In this document: positions 59,874 through 64,000 of the stretch, piece after piece
How the letters are laid out: every line of letters starts with the position of its first letter
Position numbering within the stretch: the first letter of the stretch is position 1
NCBI GenBank assembly: GCA_963819655.1
Contig: CAWFXA010000003.1
Span: 160,001 to 224,000 of the forward strand
Length of the DNA stretch: 64,000 nucleotides
Reading direction: 5' to 3'
Origin: an uncultured Chloroflexia bacterium
Lineage (GTDB): Bacteria; Chloroflexota; Limnocylindria; Limnocylindrales; CSP1-4
Made by a program: the position numbers and the translations under genes
The notes under the pieces: generated by a model
Database searches by the model: none
What the model saw: only the letters and a program-made list of their open reading frames with translations
Told to the model about the DNA's origin: nothing

Positions 59874-60497
59874 TCACGGTCCTCCAGGTCGACGTGGCCG
59901 CCGTGGGCGGATGGCGCGTCGGACGATCGAGCGCGGTTTCGCTGCGCCGGATGCCGCACGTCGCTCGACGACCTTGAAGGCTGCTCGCTCGAACATGGCG
60001 AGCGTGCCGCGGAATGCGTCCCCCGCGGGGATCCGCTCGCCGGCGGGGATATCGACCGGATAGGCCTCGAGCGTCGTGGCCCCGTGATCACGGGCGTAGT
60101 CGACGCCGGCATCCAGCAGCGCCCGCGCGACCCCGCGCCCGCGTGACTGACGACCGACGACGAAGCAGACGATCGACCAGACGGGCTTGTCGTCGAGCGG
60201 AGCGAGGACCTTGGAGTGCGCGAGCCGCTCGTAGTCCTCGCGCGGACCGATGCTGATCCAGCCGACCGCCTCGGTGCCGTCGTAGGCCACCAGACCGGGG
60301 GCGCGACCCTCATCGGCCGTCTCGGCGACGGCAGCCTCCATGACCGACCGATGTCTGGCCTTGCCACCGCTGGAGAAGTCGAACCCACGGATCCGGAAGT
60401 AGGCGCACCAGCACCACTTCGGGTCGCCACCCTGCTCGAAGAGTGACGCGAGGTCCGGGAGGCGATCGGGAGTGAGGGGCCGGATGTCGATAGCCAT
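59874..60497 (-). CDS. GNAT acetyltransferase
   Basis: WCWC, VGW...GPRE.Y, WSIVCF.V..RGRGV, EAYP. Confidence 0.88.
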   Translation of the reverse strand: MAIDIRPLTPDRLPDLASLFEQGGDPKWCWCAYFRIRGFDFSSGGKARHRSVMEAAVAETADEGRAPGLVAYDGTEAVGWISIGPREDYERLAHSKVLAPLDDKPVWSIVCFVVGRQSRGRGVARALLDAGVDYARDHGATTLEAYPVDIPAGERIPAGDAFRGTLAMFERAAFKVVERRAASGAAKPRSIVRRAIRPRRPRRPGGP

Positions 60498-60669
60498 CTT
60501 GGCGATCGTACGTGCTGAGGTGACCGCGGTCCGTCATGAACCCGTGCCGGCCGTGGTTTGGTGCCGCATTGGGTCACCTCATGACCATTCCGGAGAACGA
60601 GCGCTTTGATCGACGGCCGTCGGGGCCTCGTCGGGTCACCCGACGACACATCCGACGCTCGAGCGCTGG

Positions 60670-60762
60670 CTCAGGCCTCGATACGGTCACGGGGTGACAC
60701 ATCAGGCCGTCGAGCGGCCCCCATCCTCTGCTCAGGTTCCGATACGGTCACCGGGTGACACA
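60670..60762. repeat. Two direct copies of a palindromic unit
   Basis: CTCAGG..CGATACGGTCAC(GGG/CGG)GTGACACA at about 60670 and 60731, 60 bp apart. Confidence 0.65.
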
Positions 60763-61765
60763 GGGCCCGCCCGGTGCAGCCGCCAGGTCCCGCCACGCCC
60801 GTTTGACGCTCCTCGGACCCCGGCCGTACGCTCCGCCCGTGGCCGAGACCTCGCCGGGGCGGGGCCGGTGGACCATCCGCCACGTCCCACCGACGCCGCG
60901 CTCGATCGTCGAGCTGATCCGTGCCGGCACGCTCGATGCGGAGCTGGCGGCGACCCTGTGGGTCCTGATCGAGAGCCGGGTCCCGCTCGTCGTCGCGGCA
61001 CGTGTCCAAGGTGCCGGCAAGACCACGCTTCTCGACGCTCTGATGGTGTTCCTCCCGCCAGGTGTGCGGACGATGGAGCTGGCCGGCGCGATGGAGACGT
61101 TCGACTGGCTCCCGCAGGCTCCGGAGCTGGGCTGGCGTCGCCCCCACGCACCGGACGCGATCGCCGCACGGGTCACCGGCCGCCAGCCCCCTGCGATCAC
61201 ACCCGACAACACGGTCCTCCTGATCCCTGAGCTGTCCGACCACCTGCCGTCCTACACGTGGGGCGCGGAGGCACGCATCGCGATCCGGGCGGTGGCGATC
61301 GGTTACGGGCTGGCCGCGACGATCCACGCCGACTCGCTCGACGAGGTCTTCGAGGAGCTTCGCCACCCGCCGGTGAGCCTCGGCGACGACGAGCTCTCGC
61401 GGCTCGGCGTCGTGCTCGTTGTGCGACCGGTCGGGGACGGGCTGCGCCGGGTCGCTGCCGCCCACTACGTCCGCCCGGTCGCGCGCGATGAGCACGGACA
61501 CGTCCAGCGGCTCGGGCCGGCCGTACTGGCCACCTGGGACCCGAATGGCGATCGGTTCGAGCACTTCGGCTGGGGCATCATCCCCGAGCTCGCGCGGCGG
61601 GTCGAGCGGCGCCCGGGCGACTTCGAAGTCGATGTCGATCGTCGGCGCGACTACCTCGCCGGTCTTGCCGAGGCCGGCATCGTCGATGTCGATGCCGTCC
61701 GCGCTGCCATCGAAGGCTTCCGAGCCACGACCGTCGATCCTTCCAGCGTCCTCGCCACGAACTGA
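60755..61765 (+). CDS. Minimal CpaF/VirB11-like P-loop ATPase
   Basis: ELIRAGTL, GAGKTTLLDAL, atypical Walker B LIPE, ATIHA His-box. Confidence 0.75.
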   Translation: MTQGPPGAAARSRHARLTLLGPRPYAPPVAETSPGRGRWTIRHVPPTPRSIVELIRAGTLDAELAATLWVLIESRVPLVVAARVQGAGKTTLLDALMVFLPPGVRTMELAGAMETFDWLPQAPELGWRRPHAPDAIAARVTGRQPPAITPDNTVLLIPELSDHLPSYTWGAEARIAIRAVAIGYGLAATIHADSLDEVFEELRHPPVSLGDDELSRLGVVLVVRPVGDGLRRVAAAHYVRPVARDEHGHVQRLGPAVLATWDPNGDRFEHFGWGIIPELARRVERRPGDFEVDVDRRRDYLAGLAEAGIVDVDAVRAAIEGFRATTVDPSSVLATN

Positions 61766-61775
61766 GGTCCCAGCG

Positions 61776-63218
61776 ATGCCGACCCCCGCGCGCCCCGCCA
61801 CGATCGCCGAGCTGCGGGCCGCCGGGTGGCGCTCGCGGACCGTCAAGGAGGAGCTTCGTGCGAACCTCCTCGACCGCCTGGGCTCCGGTGACGACGTGCT
61901 ACCCGGGATCGTCGGCTACGAAGACTCGGTCGTCCCCGCGATCGAGAACGCGATCCTCGCCGGGCACGACCTGGTCTTCCTCGGCGAACGCGGCCAGGCG
62001 AAGACGCGTATGGCACGGCTGCTCGTCGGGCTGCTCGATGAATGGCTGCCGGTCGTCCGCGGTGGCGACCTGAACGACGACCCGTACGCCCCCGTCTCAC
62101 CCGCGGCCCGCGCGATCATCGAGCGCGACGGCGACGACGCGCCGATCGACTGGCTGCCACGTGACCGGCGCTATGCCGAGAAGCTGGCGACACCGGACAT
62201 CACCATCGCCGACCTCATCGGCGAGGTCGATCCGATCAAGGTCGCAGAGGGTCGCTACTTGTCCGACGAGCTGACGCTTCATTACGGGCTGATCCCGCGC
62301 GCGAACAGGGGCATCGTCGCGATCAATGAGCTGCCCGACCTGGCGGAGCGGATCCAGGTCGGACTGCTGAACGTACTCGAGGAACGCGACGTCCAGATCC
62401 GTGGCTTCATCGTCCGGTTGCCGTTGGACCTGTATGTCGTCGCGAGCGCCAACCCCGAGGACTACACGTCGCGCGGCCGCATCATCACGCCGCTCAAGGA
62501 TCGCCTCGGGTCGCAGATCCGGACGCACTACCCGCGCTCTCTCGACGACGAGCTGTTGATCGTGGCGCAGGAGAAGCACCGCTTCCCGGTGGCCTCGGAT
62601 CCCGATGTCGCAGCCCCGACCGTGGTCGTGCCTCCGTTCATGGAGGAGGTCGTGGCCGAGATCACGCACCTCGCCCGGCGCTCCCCGGAGATCAGCCAGC
62701 GCTCGGGTGTGTCGGTCCGGGTTTCCGTCGCGAACATGGAGGTCCTCGAGGCAGCGGCATTGAAGCGCGCGGTGCGTCTCGGCGAGGCCGTCGGTGCGCC
62801 GCGCGTCTCGGATCTCGGAGCGGTCGTCGCCTCGACCGTCGGCAAGGTCGAGCTCGAATCGGTCGGCGACGAGGCGCCCGAGGAGCGCGTCGTCGAGCGC
62901 CTCATCACGAAGGCCCTGTACGCGACGTTCAACCGGCGCGTGACCCTCGACGACCTCGACCCGATCGTCGAGGCATTCGAGGACGGCTTCATCGTCGAGA
63001 CGGGCGAGCGGACGCCGTCACGCGAGTACGTGGCGTGGTTGCGTGAGGTTCCCGGGATGGATGACGCCGTGGCCGGCCTCGGCACGTTCGATGTCACCGA
63101 TGGGGCCGAGGAGCCCGCGGTCGTCGCATCGGCCGTCGAGTTCCTGCTCGAAGGGCTCCACCTCGCCCGCCGGCTGAACAAGGAGCGGGTCGCGGGCGGG
63201 ACGGTCTACCACCGATGA
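61776..63218 (+). CDS. Magnesium chelatase ChlI-like AAA+ ATPase
   Basis: GERGQAKTR, IGEVDPIKVAEGR, INELPDL, ANPEDYT.RGRIITPLKDR. Confidence 0.88.
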   Translation: MPTPARPATIAELRAAGWRSRTVKEELRANLLDRLGSGDDVLPGIVGYEDSVVPAIENAILAGHDLVFLGERGQAKTRMARLLVGLLDEWLPVVRGGDLNDDPYAPVSPAARAIIERDGDDAPIDWLPRDRRYAEKLATPDITIADLIGEVDPIKVAEGRYLSDELTLHYGLIPRANRGIVAINELPDLAERIQVGLLNVLEERDVQIRGFIVRLPLDLYVVASANPEDYTSRGRIITPLKDRLGSQIRTHYPRSLDDELLIVAQEKHRFPVASDPDVAAPTVVVPPFMEEVVAEITHLARRSPEISQRSGVSVRVSVANMEVLEAAALKRAVRLGEAVGAPRVSDLGAVVASTVGKVELESVGDEAPEERVVERLITKALYATFNRRVTLDDLDPIVEAFEDGFIVETGERTPSREYVAWLREVPGMDDAVAGLGTFDVTDGAEEPAVVASAVEFLLEGLHLARRLNKERVAGGTVYHR

Positions 63219-63262
63219 TCGGTTCAGGGATCCGGGCGCTGCCGGTCCCACTCCCAGGCGCG

Positions 63263-63513
63263 CGCGCTGACCGACGGTCAACGTTGATGTCCGGCACCTT
63301 GGAGCGCGCTGACCGTGGGTCAACGTACCGGTCGCAAACGGCTGCCGACGGGCGCCTGGCGACGTCTACGTTGCCCGTCGGTAACCAAGGGTCCGCGATG
63401 ACGGGCCCCCAGAGCGTCACTGCGCCCCTTCGTGCCAAGATCGTTGACCCTGGGTCAGCGCGGCGACGGTCCATGGCGTTGTTGCCCAAGATCGTTGACC
63501 GTGGGTCAGCGCG
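63263..63513. repeat. Four REP-like 21-bp palindromic units (two forward, two reverse)
   Basis: CGCGCTGACC-N3-GGTCAACG at 63263 and 63305; reverse complement at 63442 and 63493. Confidence 0.8.
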
Positions 63514-63528
63514 GGACGGGCCGTCGTC

Positions 63529-64000
63529 GTGACCGCCTACTCGCCCGACCCGCGTGACCTCGCCGGGCGCGTCCCGGTGCCACCTGAAGCGGACGGGACG
63601 CTGGCCGGTCGCGCGCGATACTCGCGCTGGGACGGCACGCAGCGTCTGCCCGACCTCGAGGCTGACGAGATCCTCAAGGCGCTGTCCGACGACGTCATGG
63701 CGGAGGGAGATCTGGCCGAGGCGCTGCGCCGGCTGATGGACCGCGGTTGGCGGAGCGGCGATCCGACCCGCCCGGACATGCCCGGCCTCCAGGATCTGAT
63801 GGAACGTCTGGCGCGCCGTCGCGAGGAGCTGCGCGAGCGGTACGACCTCGGCGACGTCCTAGGCGACATTCGGCACGAGCTCGAGGAGATCGTGGCCGAC
63901 GAGCGATCGGGCGTGGAGCGGCGCCTGGAGCGGGCCGCGGAAGACGCGCCCGATGCGGACACCGCGCGCGTGGCGCAGGACCTCGCCGCTCGGCGCCTGG
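63529..64000 (+). CDS. Partner of the ChlI-like ATPase, probably a VWA protein (runs off the window end)
   Basis: Open frame VTAYSP...RYSRWDGTQ...ALRRLMDRG typical of this gene pair; VWA domain itself not in the window. Confidence 0.7.
   Translation, partial: MTAYSPDPRDLAGRVPVPPEADGTLAGRARYSRWDGTQRLPDLEADEILKALSDDVMAEGDLAEALRRLMDRGWRSGDPTRPDMPGLQDLMERLARRREELRERYDLGDVLGDIRHELEEIVADERSGVERRLERAAEDAPDADTARVAQDLAARRL

Noticed and set aside
61776-63218. Chlorophyll or cobalamin chelatase indicating phototrophy
   Set aside because: Motifs fit the widespread ChlI-like AAA/VWA chaperone pair; no bch, chl or cob genes nearby
63263-63513. Possible CRISPR array
   Set aside because: Units are 21 bp, in mixed orientation and unevenly spaced, and there are no cas genes in the window

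Overview
A very GC-rich bacterial chromosomal window; gene content tentatively suggests a monoderm soil or freshwater lineage such as Chloroflexota (inference only). Left arm: ECF sigma/anti-sigma pair, tRNA-Lys(CTT), secreted proteins, nucleoside hydrolase, PyrR-attenuated carAB, CopC plus a membrane partner, an M16 peptidase pair, a TadE/TadE/TadG cassette, SRAP and a TPR-rhomboid. Centre (about 23.6-54 kb): a molybdoenzyme supercluster with a form II-like coxSLM (AYRGAGR) and a form I CO dehydrogenase coxMSL (AYRCSFR), plus coxD, coxE, XdhC/CoxF, XdhC-YHS, coxG, a MoeA-like gene and a MocA-methyltransferase fusion. A glycogen-debranching-type glucosidase sits between coxD and coxE. Embedded in this region is a module of two IniA/IniC-like dynamins, a receptor-like transmembrane Hsp70 and a lipoprotein, which is the best candidate for a poorly described system. 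Right arm: rsgA, an ABC exporter with a leader-peptide attenuator and an internal small ORF, GNATs, a minimal CpaF-like ATPase, a ChlI-like AAA/VWA pair and REP-like palindromes. Eight reading-frame breaks, all +1, look like long-read indel errors. All product calls come from motif recognition by eye; no searches were run.
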